DNA of 64,000 bases from Octopus bimaculoides (Eukaryota): positions 134,488,756 to 134,552,755 of the forward strand of contig NC_068983.1 of assembly GCF_001194135.2 (NCBI RefSeq), in the 5' to 3' direction. Positions 39,785-52,911 of the stretch are shown here, one piece after another (within the stretch, counting starts at the first letter, position 1; every line of letters starts with the position of its first letter). A program made the translations under genes and the position numbers. The notes under the pieces were generated by a model. It saw nothing but the letters and a program-made list of their open reading frames with translations. It did no database searches and was not told the origin of the DNA.

Positions 39785-42617
39785 ATATGCGACTTGCAGA
39801 TTAGAAAGTGAAAGATAAAGTATAAAGTCAAAAAGCTTTGTTGTTGAGTGATATATGAAGCATAGTACAAAATGTTAAGTGTAAAATTCCTATAGTCTGA
39901 AAGATGAGGGATTAATTAGAACTTTTATGACAAGTTCATTAACCTTTTTAATTTCAGGTTTGCATTTAGTATTTGAAATGTCACAGGTAGCCTAAAAGAG
40001 ACCAAAGGCCTCAATTAATCCCTTTAAAATCAATTTGTTCTATTGCAATACTATAACATAAGTTACAGATTCTAGATTACAGATTCCAACAGATGTGAAT
40101 GTGAAATAATCAAATTAACTGGCTAATTAGCACACCTTTCACTTTACTTTTCTTCTGTTTCAATTTTTAATTGCAGTTACTTTAGTAGACTTACATTATT
40201 AAAGTCCTTTAGAAATATATCAATTTCACAGTGTTCTTTTTACTCTCTCAAATAAAATCAATATTTTAAACTGTTCTCTAATTTATAGTCTGACACCTAG
40301 ATCAATAAATTGCATGTTGAATTTTAACTATATTTTCTGCTCACAATCAATAGTACTTTCTAAAAATGTAATCATAATGTATTGTTGTAATGGTTTTATT
40401 TTTTAATATGAAAAATTTCAAAAGAAAGTTGTCATTGAATATTACTAAAAAGAAATATCTATTATCTGAAGTGTACAGCCTGCATGTCTCAAATATTAAT
40501 CTCATAGAAATTTAACCAAGTCCTGCATGATAAATTTAAAAGTAGAATCATTTTTGCATTGTTCTGTGTTAGGTTGAAAGACTTTTGATGTCTTGAATCG
40601 ATGAGGTTGAATGGATTTAGACTTTCAAATAAATAAAATATTGTTTTGAAGGTCATGTTTATTAAATTATTAAATTTACTTAGTTTGATTGATCAGAGAT
40701 CTCTAAAAGTTCAAACTAAGTAATTTTATGCAAAAGTACTATTAACATCTTGTAAACAGTTGTATAATCTCATGTATTAGATTATCAGATCATAAGAAAG
40801 CGGTTGCCAGCATGCTTGATGCAGTGAGCCAAGAAATGTCAGTATTAGCTGAACTGTTGAGGTCTAATAAAGCTGAAACATGGAGCTGCCATTCTACTGC
40901 TAAAGATCCAACTCACTCTTCACTGCATTCCTTATCAAATTTATTAAACATTTTAAAGTTGTTTTTTGTGCTATTTTATTGATTTATTTATTCTGATCAA
41001 AATTAATCATTTCAAGAATGATCGTTCCCATTGCTGAGTGTGTATTTTTCATGAATTTCTTGGCTCCTTTCATAAAATATACTAACACTCATTTTACTAT
41101 CAAGTTTTCATGCAGCAGGTGTTCTTTGGCATTTTCCCCAGTTATTTTAAGTAGTACATTCAAATGTCTAGCCAGAGTATCATAACTTTCCATGTAACGT
41201 TCTACTTAGCTAAGACAATAACTACAAGATCTTCTGGAAATGTCATAAAAAGTATATTATCTGAGAAAAACCATTTTATAATTTTTTTTTAATGGCTTAG
41301 ACAAAGAAGAAAAGGAAGTATCATTGACTCATTTTAGTGCCTCAAAGAAGAAAGTTATTTTCAGCTGGATATCTGGTCCAAATACTTGCAAAGAGTAGAC
41401 TCCACTAAGACACCTAAAGGTTAAATGGTGATATTAAAACAGATGATAGATAAGGTCTACCAAAATATGTCATTCATTTGCTTAACACTACCAAAAATCA
41501 GGGTCAAGTACACACTCAATAAATCATTGTAGTTTCAAACAGTTACTATAAGTACACGCCACCTGAATATTCGGTTAAAAGAAAAATAGTTATTGATCAT
41601 GACTTTCATAAGTTATGCCAACCTCCTGTATAAGTTACAACAACAGCCATGTATGTTCTCTGTATAATAAACAATAAACATCTAGTCTCAGATGGGACTA
41701 TTGTAGTGATGTAAAAATTCAATGGAATACCATGTAGGCAGATTCCCAAGAATTCAGTTTGTGAAAACATATTTACATTGATGTCTACCAGTTATTAATA
41801 TAATTGAAATAGTCAGTCTTGATGTAGAAATAATACTGTTGAGTTACACCATATTTCTGGTAAATGTTTAGCAAACATGCCATATTATGCATCATTTAAT
41901 TTCATAGAGTTCAAATTTGACAGATCAACACCTCCAAATCATATAAGGGCTACACTTTTGCCTGTAAAGGAAACCAACAAGCACTTGAAACTTGTAAACA
42001 TATCATTTCATGTCTTACTGAAAATATATGGAATATAATCCCAATATTATTTTTATTGCAAGACTGTTTACAAGCACATTAACTAAACTTTCAGTTCCTC
42101 TACATATTGACATGGTCTGGGCGGATTCTTACTTTAAGCCTCTAGTTGACCAATGTCAAATCAAATCAAATTTATTGGTAGAAGAGCACAATGTACTTAA
42201 GCCATGTAAAAAAAACCCAAAAAACCCCCCAGTTATTGTTATATACAGTTTTATACATAGTTGCCACAGTTGTTCAGAGCCTCTTTGAACAGAGGAGTGG
42301 TGGGCAGTTGAATGACATCTTGTGGTAGCTTGTTCCACGGGGCTGCGATACTTTGTGAGTGGAGTTTGATACATGGAAACTGTGCACAAATTAACTGAAT
42401 ATCATCTTCATAATTATTACTATGCTTGTGTGAACGTATATGCATGCATGTGTATGTGTATACCACTGATTTGTTGAATTGATAGAGTTCAATAAAGCAA
42501 ATACTTGACTGAAATAAGTACTGGGGGTCGGTAAAACAACTAAAACTCTTAAAGCCTCTGCATAGTCTCAATCCAATCACTGAAACTAGTGAAAGAATAA
42601 AAGAATGTCCTGTATGG

Positions 42618-42924
42618 CAGTGCTACTCAAAGTGGTGGTCCGCGAACTGGTGCCAGTCCGTGAGCCATCAGCTGCTGGTACACGGCCAAGTTTCCAGAAA
42701 AGAAAGAAACATTAAAAAATGCTTATAAAATGCTTATGTAATATTGTATTATTTGTTTACAAAATAAATATAAGGTAAAAAAAATTGTCAACTTTTATTA
42801 TATTCATTATATATATTGTTCCCGGTATAAATTAATATTACTAAGAAATATTACCAGTCCCTGGCACATTGAAAAAAAAAAAAAAACTGCCAGTATGCCA
42901 TATCAGATAGTTTGAGAAGCACTG
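42618..42924. mobile_element. hAT/Charlie-type MITE
   Basis: TIRs CAGTGCTACTCAAA / TTTGAGAAGCACTG; 8-bp TSD CTGTATGG / ATGTATGG (7 of 8 match). Confidence 0.8.
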
Positions 42925-45900
42925 ATGTATGGAACATATCAGCATTATGAATCTATTCTGTAGACAATACACAGCTCTTGAATGGACAGACAAGTTTCAC
43001 CTATGAAAATTTCTGCTGATACAATATTCTTAGACTATGTATTCCATACTTAATAAAAACTATGAGTCTTTTTTTTAAAACACACATCGTTGTATGCACT
43101 CATGTGGTTTTATATTCAATCCTGCAGTGTAGCTCCTTGGGCAAATGTCTTTTACTATAGCCCAGGATTGATTTATGCTTGAAGTGCATAGTACTTACAT
43201 GTGTGTGTGTGTGAATGTTTGTGCAGTTGTAGGTGTGGTGGTGTGTGTTTATGTATGTGTATGTGTGCACATGCGCATGTGTCTTTGTGTTTATCCCTCA
43301 CCCCATCCCCAGTGGTTGATAGCCAATGTTAGTCTGTTAATGCTTCATAACTTAGCAGTTCAGCAAAAGCAGGCTGACATAATAAGTACCAAACTTCAAG
43401 ATAATCATTTTCAACAAGACTCTTCAAGGCTATGCCCCAGCGTGGTCGTAGTTCAATGTGTGTAGCAGGTAAAAAAGTAAAATTATGTTAGTAATATATT
43501 TATTTAAACCAGTATCTCACACTTGTAACAAACTTCACTACAACTTAGCTCATTTACATGGAATGGAAACTGAGGTCAGGGTTTTGTTGTTCTTGTTCCC
43601 CCTCCACAAGCACACACACATAATCTCAAGTAGTCAGATGGAACTCATAAATCTTGCAGACTCTGCTACACTACTGAGTTTATGTAGTTGGGATTTAAAT
43701 TGAATTTCTGCTAGTTCAGTGTTTTGAATTAGAGGAAATCATGAGATGAATAAATTTCCTGTGAAACATTTGTACAAGAAAAACATATGAATGTTGTAAT
43801 GTTGCAGCATCTTCCACAGTATTTTCATAGAGAATGTGACATGTAGGACTAGCTTAAACTGAGAAATGAAACTGGATTCCATATTGTTTTTCTATATTTT
43901 AATGGTGACCTCCACCAGACCTCCTATTTTTGGTCATTCAATACATTTTTCTTGTCTCACAGAAAAATCCCGATTCACAGACCATTTGTTACTTGGTTGA
44001 TTTAAGGAATAATGGAAAGCTTTAATACAGACACGAAATAATAATGGTACCAGGCTTAGGTACAAGGCCAGCAATTTTAGGAGGTGTTGGTCGACTACAT
44101 AAACACCAGTACTTGACTGCTTCTTTATTTTATCGATATCGAAAGGATTAAAGGTAAAGTCGATCTCAGCAGGGTTTGAACTCAGAACATAAAGAGTCGG
44201 AAAAAATACTACAGGGCTTTTTATCCGATGCTCTAATGGTTCTGCCAACTCGTCACTCTCACACCGAATAATAATGGTGGTTTTAAATTTAGCGCAGCAA
44301 TCTTGAGGAGAGGGGATTAGATAACACCATCGACTCCGGTACTCGACTTGTACTTTATTTTAATGATCCTGAAATAATGGGAGGCAAAGTTGACTTCGAC
44401 CTGATTTGAACTTAGAATCAAAAGAAAACGAAATTATGCGCAAGAAAAATGTGAATAAGGGGAGATAATTCTTGTCAAAACAGAAAGAGTTATTTCAAAT
44501 TATAAGAAGCCATTTTTTTTACAGCCTTCCCGTTTACGTTTAAGTTAACTCTTCTAAATTATTGATAAAAATCTCTTGTTCCAACGATTAACACACATGA
44601 CTGAATGTTCAAAAGACTCAATATAAACCGATGTGTGGGAAAGCAAACATAAAAATAATTCATTTAAAAGAGGAGCTGCGTGAAAAAATCAATAATTTTG
44701 CTGATGGTCTTTATTTTAAGGTTCATCCGTAAAATTATTGATTAAATTATTGATTGTGTGACGTTTGTGCCTTTCTAAAGAACAATCGAAGCGTTATTGA
44801 AACAAAATAGCTACAACTAGGAATAGAGATTTAATCATTGATTTAACCTGCCTGGAGCTACCCTTTTATAAATCTGCATTCACGACAGCAAATCGATATA
44901 ATAAATATTGATTTCTTACATTGTTGCGGGACCGAAATCTCTAAGAAAGGGATAAGTCAACTTAATCAACCTCAGTTTATGATTGGTACACATCTAATAT
45001 CCTTCGGAAGGCTGAAATAGAAAGGGCATGCTGGCAAGTTTTGAATTCAAAACACAAAGATGTAACTAAATACCATAAAGAATTTATACTATAAAGAATT
45101 TATACTGTCACCCAATAATTTGTCAGCGAACACGCTTGTATTGATATTCATAACGTCTACGTGTTATTGTAACATATTACATTTGGAGAATAAAAACAAA
45201 AAGAAAATTATAAGCTAAAATTTTAAACGCATTAAAAGGAAGTTTTTCTCTACTCATTGCTTGAATACTGCTACATATATGAGACCATACCGTATTTGTA
45301 TTCAGTAAGGAGAACGCTTTCCCGAGGGATTTTCTCTTAGGCATGTTTTTATTGATCACTCTCAGACTTGCCGCCTATGCAGAATTTGCTTTCTCGAGGC
45401 CGCTTAATAAGACTGAAACTTGTCTGTTGCTTTCACCAGTTAACTTTGAATATACTCTAATCTAAATGTCTATAAGTGTCCAAAAATTTAGAGTAATTCA
45501 GTCTATTGGGGTTACCTCCCTTGTTAATTTTATATTTTGAACACATACAAGGGATTCTTATCAACTAATTACTTGGATAATCTCAGTGATCGAAGTTTTT
45601 CAACTCACTATATTACGTATGTGAAACTCTATAATATACACCATTACATCTCGTATATTGATATCACTAATATTGCTACACATTGTTACAATCGATTCCC
45701 TGTGCTCAATCTAGGGAAATAGAAAAAAAAACCCTTCACACAAAGCGCTCCAGTATTGGAAATATTTTCCATAAGCATAGTTTTAGGATGCGCATAATTA
45801 AAAATAAGTGCAGAGAAACAGTAACTGTCGCACCCTAAATGGGTTCACCCAGTCAACACCAGAACCACCAAGGGATGACACACTAACATCATAACTAAAC

Positions 45901-46135
45901 CTATGTTGTATCCCAAACAAAATACACTTACATACCTCACTAACTACAACCACACTTCTCCAGACTTCACATTCTGCTCCATATATCTATATACCATAAT
46001 CACACAGTAATCAATTCCCAACCAACTTCTCGTCATGCAGCCAACGAGGGTGTCTTTACGATGTCACTCAATTCACTAAAATAATAGCTAAATTTCCCTA
46101 AAATCCCACACCACTGACTTTTTAAAAGGACTCGT

Positions 46136-46938
46136 GGATCTATTTTAAAACGGGGGTGCCAGTTTTCATTTATGTTTTATGTAGTGTTTTTGGTACCGAA
46201 AGACTTTCAAACTTCGTATACTTATCTATTTTATGTTATAGAACAGAAAAAAAATTTTGTATTCGAATTTATTTCATGTAAAAAATTGTCTTATTTCGAT
46301 AATTTCTACTAATCACTGACGTCTATTCAGTTGAAAACAGTTAGCGCTGTAACGGTGTATATCGTATTAATCCCCTAACCCTAAAACTAACCCTAACTCT
46401 AGAATCCGAACTCTAAAATTGTTACACACATAGATACGCACAGCGTAATTTATTATATAAACAATATATGCGTATAAATTACGATTAAACCGGATGAAAT
46501 ATGTCACAGGGAATAACATTTTTATGACCGCCCAGCAGTAACTCTATTCAGCTGAATAGACGTCAGTGATTGGTTGAAATTACAGAAATACGACAACTTT
46601 AACATGGAATAACTTGCGAATTCCTTTTTTTTTTTNNNNNNNNNNNNNNNNNNNNNNNNNNNNNNNNNNNNNNNNNNNNNNNNNNNNNNNNNNNNNNNNN
46701 NNNNNNNNNNNNNNNNNNNNNNNNNNNNNNNNNNNNNNNNNNNNNNNNNNNNNNNNNNNNNNNNNNNNNNNNNNNNNNNNNNNNNNNNNNNNNNNNNNNN
46801 NNNNNNNNNNNNNNNNNNNNNNNTTTTGTTAAGAAGACTAAGAGTAAAATATGTTTTATATGACACATTCTACCAGTGTCCCAAGTTTCAAAGTGTTTCG
46901 TTAAGAAAATACTGGTGCCCCCGTTTTAAAATAGATCC
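46136..46938. mobile_element. Unclassified foldback/MITE with 28-bp TIRs and internal inverted repeats (spans an N gap)
   Basis: GGATCTATTTTAAAACGGGGG..CCAGT at both ends; internal inverted pair 46311-46335 / 46547-46571; related partial copy at about 58070-58290. Confidence 0.78.
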
Positions 46939-47738
46939 GAAACCTTAGTCTAAATTTTTCTACCAGATTCTTTCCATTGTGAGGGTCAACCGTCAAACTT
47001 AGATATGTTCTATTGTTTAAGTGAACATTCTTGGGTTAAATACAGGCTCACATAGATAAGCTAATTTACTTCCTATTTTCTCCGACTTACATTCAGCCTT
47101 CCAATATGAATAAATACGAACCCTCTCGGAATATAAGGGAACAGTCGTTTTCGCTTTGAGACGCAGTTATTACTAAAGGTGTGCAAGCTTTGTCATTGTT
47201 ATTTTCTTCTTACCACTATAAAACCGCCGACTACTACGACATTTTGTATTACTGACCCTAACGTCAATTTCACAGGAAAATAAAATCTGTAAGAAATAGC
47301 ATGTTTCTGTTGATTTTTATGGTGCATATTACACTACCTTACGAAGATTAAATGATATAACAGTAATGTAGTTAGTTACAGTTCCCTGCGCATGAGTAAA
47401 GGACAGAATGGTTACGTTTGAAATGTTTGCTGGATTAGGCCTGACCCAGAGCGAAACAACAACGATAGCGATGACGATTGAATAAAATCATTTTCATAAA
47501 CTTAAAAAAGAGAAAAAAAAAAAAATCCCAGTATTTTTGGGTTATCTCACCCCATTAAAAAATTGGGTTACCACCCCCACCCACCCCCGTTTTACGAGAA
47601 ATATGGTACTTTTGGTTGTCTCCTTCAACTAAAAAAAATTGTTTAACCCTCAATAAAACAAACAAAAAAATAAATAAAAAAATGAAAAAAAATAAACATA
47701 CAAAGTGAAGAGACGAAACATCGTTTTGAATCTGATAA

Positions 47739-48592
47739 TACTAGCTGACGTACCTGGTAATTCTAATAACACCAATACAAAGTATGTAGCCCTTAAAATG
47801 GTTTTTGTGCATTTATAGAGAATACCGAACTGTCTTATACAGGATCTTGTTTTTAGGAATTCCCAATAAGTTATGACTACCCAAATTGTGAAATCAGTTA
47901 TGTAATAACATGAAATTAGTTACCCGATAGTAAGAATTCAAATAAAGTAACCCCGAAAAGGGATTTAATGCGTTCCCAGAGTATATAGAACATAGGAGGA
48001 AATACTAATAAGGTATGTATACTAAAATCGTGAAGTATGTTACGTAATAACAGGCTAATCAGAAGATATGAGATAAAGTAAATAACTTTGAAAAGGGCTT
48101 TTGTGCGTTCCCAGAGAATATTAGCCCTAGGGGCGCTAGTATTGGTATATTCGTGACTAAGTCACTAACCGAAATAAGTGGATCTATTGTTTAGGAAAAT
48201 ACTACTTACTTATATAAGGGTTATACTGGATAAATTGCGAAAATAACTCTAACAGCTCAAATACTAAGAAATAAGCATACTCAATTTCATTTTTACCAAA
48301 TAATTTAGGAAAATGAATGGGTTATTTCCCTTGGCTATATATAAGGATCCCTTCCAGGGGCGAATGGATTATTTCCCTTTGTTTTTAAAATAAAATGTAT
48401 TAGATATATATATAAGGATCCCTTCCAGGGCCCTATTATCGATTTATTTCAGCTATCTGAATATGCTTTGAGGTTTCCAGACATGAGTTCTACTCATGTG
48501 TCAAGTTTCATCAAAACCAATAAAACGATGTAGGACGAGTTAGCTAACAACTCCACAAACAGAAGACAGAATTTCCCACATATATAGTAGAT
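47739..48592 (+). mobile_element. Possible non-autonomous Helitron-like element
   Basis: Starts TACTAGC...GTACC, contains internal sub-repeats, and ends ACAAACAGAAGACAG...ATATATAGTAGAT, resembling invertebrate non-autonomous Helitron ends; no TSD. Confidence 0.38.
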
Positions 48593-49664
48593 TTTTATAA
48601 TAAATCATACCATGCCTATTGAGGAGGCCAAACATCAACAGTGTGTTGAAGTATTGAATCAAAAGGATCTAACTCTTTTAATCTAATCTCTTGGAAGAGA
48701 CAGAGTGAATTGGGATGAGAGGGTAGCAGGAGAAGGAGCTATGGAAAAGACAGTGTTGGAAGTATTTATGGAAGAAAGACAGTAATAGTAGTGAGTAATG
48801 GAACAGTTACGTATTTGCTTGGAGTAGACAGAGAGTTGGAGACAGTATTGGATAGATATCGAGATATGTAATGGCAAGAGACAGTGATGGATGTCAACAA
48901 GTGACCTGGAGGAGAGGAAGTGACGTCCTCACCACCTTTCTAGGTGGTGAAGACGCGTTGCCTAATGGTTAGGGTTTTACGGCTCATAACCAGGTTGTGG
49001 GCTTAATATCTGAACTGGACGGCAGTTCTGTCTTTGAAAGGGCGCAAAATAATCTTGCCCCTAGAACATTGTTTGGCGTGTTGTCTCAAAAGTAAATGAA
49101 ATGTAGTTATCAATATTATGGAGGCAAGCATTTTTCTACGTCGATTTAATATTTTTGAAAGCAGTAAATGCCTTTCGAGGATTGGAATGTGGGGATTCGA
49201 ACCCTAACTGCGAAACAATTAGTTAGGAATCATCAGTATGCCACTAGTTCCACGTGACTGATCTATAAAACGACCAATTAACGTGAAGCTGTAGCGTGAT
49301 GTGGCTTCTTGGATGATCTGAAATTCGCCCGTTTTACCCTAACTCACGAAGGTAGACCACCTCGAGCAAGAGATGAATTCGGCCACTTACACAATGTACT
49401 ACAGCTAGCCTTCAACAAGACACAGTCCGGTTCTCTTCTCCCAGCGACGGCTGTTGCATTTGCATCTAATTTTTTTCTTCTCGATAGCCAATATAGCAAA
49501 TCATGTCCATCAATAAATATGTTAAAAGTTCGTGAGTTTGTTTCATTTATTATGCATGCAGCCAGCTAGACCATACGATGATAGTCTTCAACAATAGAAC
49601 ACACACCAACAATCCTCACGATAAAAAAAAAAAGTATTACGCTTCATTAACTAGAGTTGTCTCA

Positions 49665-49945
49665 CTGTTGGCCCACAAACTCGCTGTCATCTTACCTCTC
49701 TCTGCCTTTTCTATCAATCTTTCAATGGCATTGGCTCCTCAGAGCTAGCTGGCCTCATGCCACATTCACTTAAGCTTTTGCGAGCCACTCGTTTCTTTTC
49801 TCAAAATGCTTGTTGTACCCATCTCCACAACCCTGCACCAATTACTATTTCCTTCCTCAAATGTCGGCTCTCTGGAACTCTTTCTCTACTCATGTGTTTC
49901 CTGCGTGTGTTGATTTGCAAAGATTTAAATAGAACATTAATGACA
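49665..49945 (+). mobile_element. CR1/L2-group LINE 3' relic
   Basis: Frameshifted SSELA...R.TR...SLWNS..HVFP..DLQRFK resembles the C-terminus of CR1-group RT ORFs. Confidence 0.4.
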
Positions 49946-51059
49946 ATCCCACAGGTCTCAGAGGGTTTACGAAAATCATTTGCTTACCTCCAGACCCAGA
50001 ACATAAAAGTCAACTTTGTATCGTATGAGAGACATATATTTCTATGCGTCTAAATATGATCGGAGTTACCGTCGAATAATTGTCGTCTGATTTATGACAC
50101 TACACTCTTCAATATTTTACTATTGCACTTACGTAGAAGTCGCGTTGTTACTCTGTAATGTCTTTGATTTGGTAAAATGCTTCTTGTCTTATGAAACTAC
50201 AACTTCATTTAAAATACTTTCAAGTGAGTCTGACAATAATTTTGTTTTGTGTTTGGAGTTATATTGATGAATGGTTTTGAAACAAGCGAAAGTTGACGAC
50301 GTAAGTGGAGATTGGACGCTATTTGACTAAGATGCTACTGAAGAATACTGAAAGCAGTGCTGACGCAGTCACAACATCACTTCTGAATTGTTTAGCAATA
50401 TCAACTTTGATTTGTGAGTGCTTCTGCTGCGAATTAAAGCTTGCATTGATTGATTGATTGATTGATTATTAATTACAATGTTGACAAGTGCATGGAACAA
50501 ACGATGTTTCAATTAGGCTGAAAAAAAAAAGTTTATGCGTTGAGATTGATTTATTTTTTGACCTAATTATCTGAGGATCATTACATGATTTCAACACTCG
50601 AGGAAAATAATCTTTTTAATGTCACTTGATGGGCATTTTCTGTGATCACACCTATACTTCTCACATATCACTCCCCACTTCTGCAAAGAATCTACAGAAA
50701 TAACTTCCTGCTAGGCACGATTCTTTGAAATAACAGTAGTACTCCCAAAATATAACTATAAATGTTAGCATTCTTTACAGCTATACAGTGCTTCAGCTGA
50801 GAGTACATCTATTCCCATGTCCGGCGTTTTATTTTCTAGCAGTCATATACCTTTAAACATTATTCCAAAAATGAAAGCATCCATTATTGAATTTTTCACA
50901 AACATTCCAGACGACACTGTCTTGAAGTTGTATTTAAGGCTTGATTGTTCCAAAGATTCCCTTCGATGTTTTTGTATTCAGATTATTTCCCGTTCTGTTA
51001 CGCATTCTGTAGCTAATTAAGTTCATTTTTTATTGACTGCTAGAAGAACGGATGAAAGA

Positions 51060-51118
<59 letters not shown>

Positions 51119-51687
51119 NNNNNNNNNNNNNNNNNNNNNNNNNNNNNNNNNNNNNNNNNNNNNNNNNNNNNNNNNNNNNNNNNNNNNNNNNNNNNNNNNN
51201 NNNNNNNNNNNNNNNNNNNNNNNNNNNNNNNNNNNNNNNNNNNNNNNNNNNNNNNNNNNNNNNNNNNNNNNNNNNNNNNNNNNNNNNNNNNNNNNNNNNN
51301 NNNNNNNNNNNNNNNNNNNNNNNNNNNNNNNNNNNNNNNNNNNNNNNNNNNNNNNNNNNNNNNNNNNNNNNNNNNNNNNNNNNNNNNNNNNNNNNNNNNN
51401 NNNNNNNNNNNNNNNNNNNNNNNNNNNNNNNNNNNNNNNNNNNNNNNNNNNNNNNNNNNNNNNNNNNNNNNNNNNNNNNNNNNNNNNNNNNNNNNNNNNN
51501 NNNNNNNNNNNNNNNNNNNNNNNNNNNNNNNNNNNNNNNNNNNNNNNNNNNNNNNNNNNNNNNNNNNNNNNNNNNNNNNNNNNNNNNNNNNNNNNNNNNN
51601 NNNNNNNNNNNNNNNNNNNNNNNNNNNNNNNNNNNNNNNNNNNNNNNNNNNNNNNNNNNNNNNNNNNNNNNNNNNNNNNNNNNNNNN
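51119..51687. other. Assembly gap (N run); other gaps at 16890-16899, 24767-24776, 46636-46823 and 57305-57368
   Basis: Runs of n, mostly adjacent to simple or tandem repeats. Confidence 0.99.
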
Positions 51688-52060
51688 AGTTATGAGGGGA
51701 AAAAACGGATTGTATGAATTTTCCGAAATCCTCTCCCTACCCCTTCGGAAAACATTTTCCCCACAAATTTCTTTATAATTATAATCCATGCTGTTTAAAA
51801 GAAGTTTCTGTAAAATTTCATTGAAAGATATCCATTTTCCTGAAAGTTATGAGGGGAAAAAACGGATTGTATGAATTTTCCGAAATCCTCTCCCTACCCC
51901 TTCGGAAAACATTTTCCCCAGAAATTTCTTTATAATCGTAATTTGTGCCATTTGAACGGTATTTCTATAAAATTTCATCAATATATATCCATTTTCCTGA
52001 AAGTTATGAGGGAAAAATCGGATCTTGTGAATTTTCCGAAAGTCCTCTCCCCACCCCACG
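51688..52060. repeat. 157-bp tandem repeat, about 2.4 visible units, truncated by an N gap
   Basis: Units begin AGTTATGAGGG at 51688, 51845 and 52002. Confidence 0.9.
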
Positions 52061-52639
52061 TTTGTTTGCACAAATTCTTTTCCCTATTCGTTTTCTACAC
52101 ACTTTTTTTACACCTATTAGGCAGGGTTTCTTTTTGTTTTCGTTAACGAGTCTTAAACATTATATTGACCCACGAAAGTACTCGTTCCACTTTGTACAAT
52201 TTTTCTTACAGGCCCTGCATACGTGTATGAATAAAACAAAAATGGTGTCCTAAAGACAATGTTATAAGAACGATTTCATATAATATATATGTTTGTATAT
52301 GCGCGTACATGTAGTTATACACATAGGTATTACATGATGTTAGATACCGATATAGGCGAGACGAATGGTAGTATTTTGCAACAACACTGCTTCAAAGTTT
52401 ATTCATGAATCTGAAAAGTTCACTGCTCGCACGCTTAAGCTTGTCATCCTATGAAACGATATTTCGAATATATAAACGTCCAAGGAGAAAAAGAAAGAGA
52501 AGAAAGAAAAAAAGACAACCGAAAATTTTTTGATTTGTTTTCGATCGAGGGAAAGAGACATTAAACAGAGAGAAGGAAAGAAAGAGTTAAACAATTGGCT
52601 TGTGTAACTCATTCGTTTTCGTGAACGGTACAGGTTTAA

Positions 52640-52911
52640 ATGGACCAAACAGCAGCTAATGACAATAACAATGACCAGGACAATAACAATGACCAGGACA
52701 ATAACAATGACCAGGGCACAAAGCTATATTTGGAGGATCCATCGGAAACTGTGGAGGATTCAACTTTCGATATAGACAATTTCGATTTCAGGAAATTGAG
52801 CCTGAGTCAACAAACTATTATCAGTGTTCACGATGTCAGCTATGTCGTTAAGACCAGAAGCCTACCATTATGTGGGGAGATTAAAGAGAAAACTGTCTTA
52901 TCGAGTATTAC
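52640..52911 (+). CDS. ABCG2: ABCG2-like transporter coding exon 1 (MDQTAAN...ISVHDVSYVVK...KTVLSSIT)
   Basis: ORF ends in the ABCG2-like pre-Walker A segment; donor AC|GTAAGT is in phase with exon 2. The exact start codon is less certain. Confidence 0.82.
52661..52714 (+). repeat. Coding 18-bp tandem repeat x3 (DNNNDQ)
   Basis: GACAATAACAATGACCAG repeated perfectly three times in ABCG2 exon 1. Confidence 0.93.

Noticed and set aside
49180-49262. tRNA-like sequence on the minus strand with GGTTCGAATCC
   Set aside because: Only the B box is convincing and no cloverleaf forms; probably a SINE head or pseudogene.
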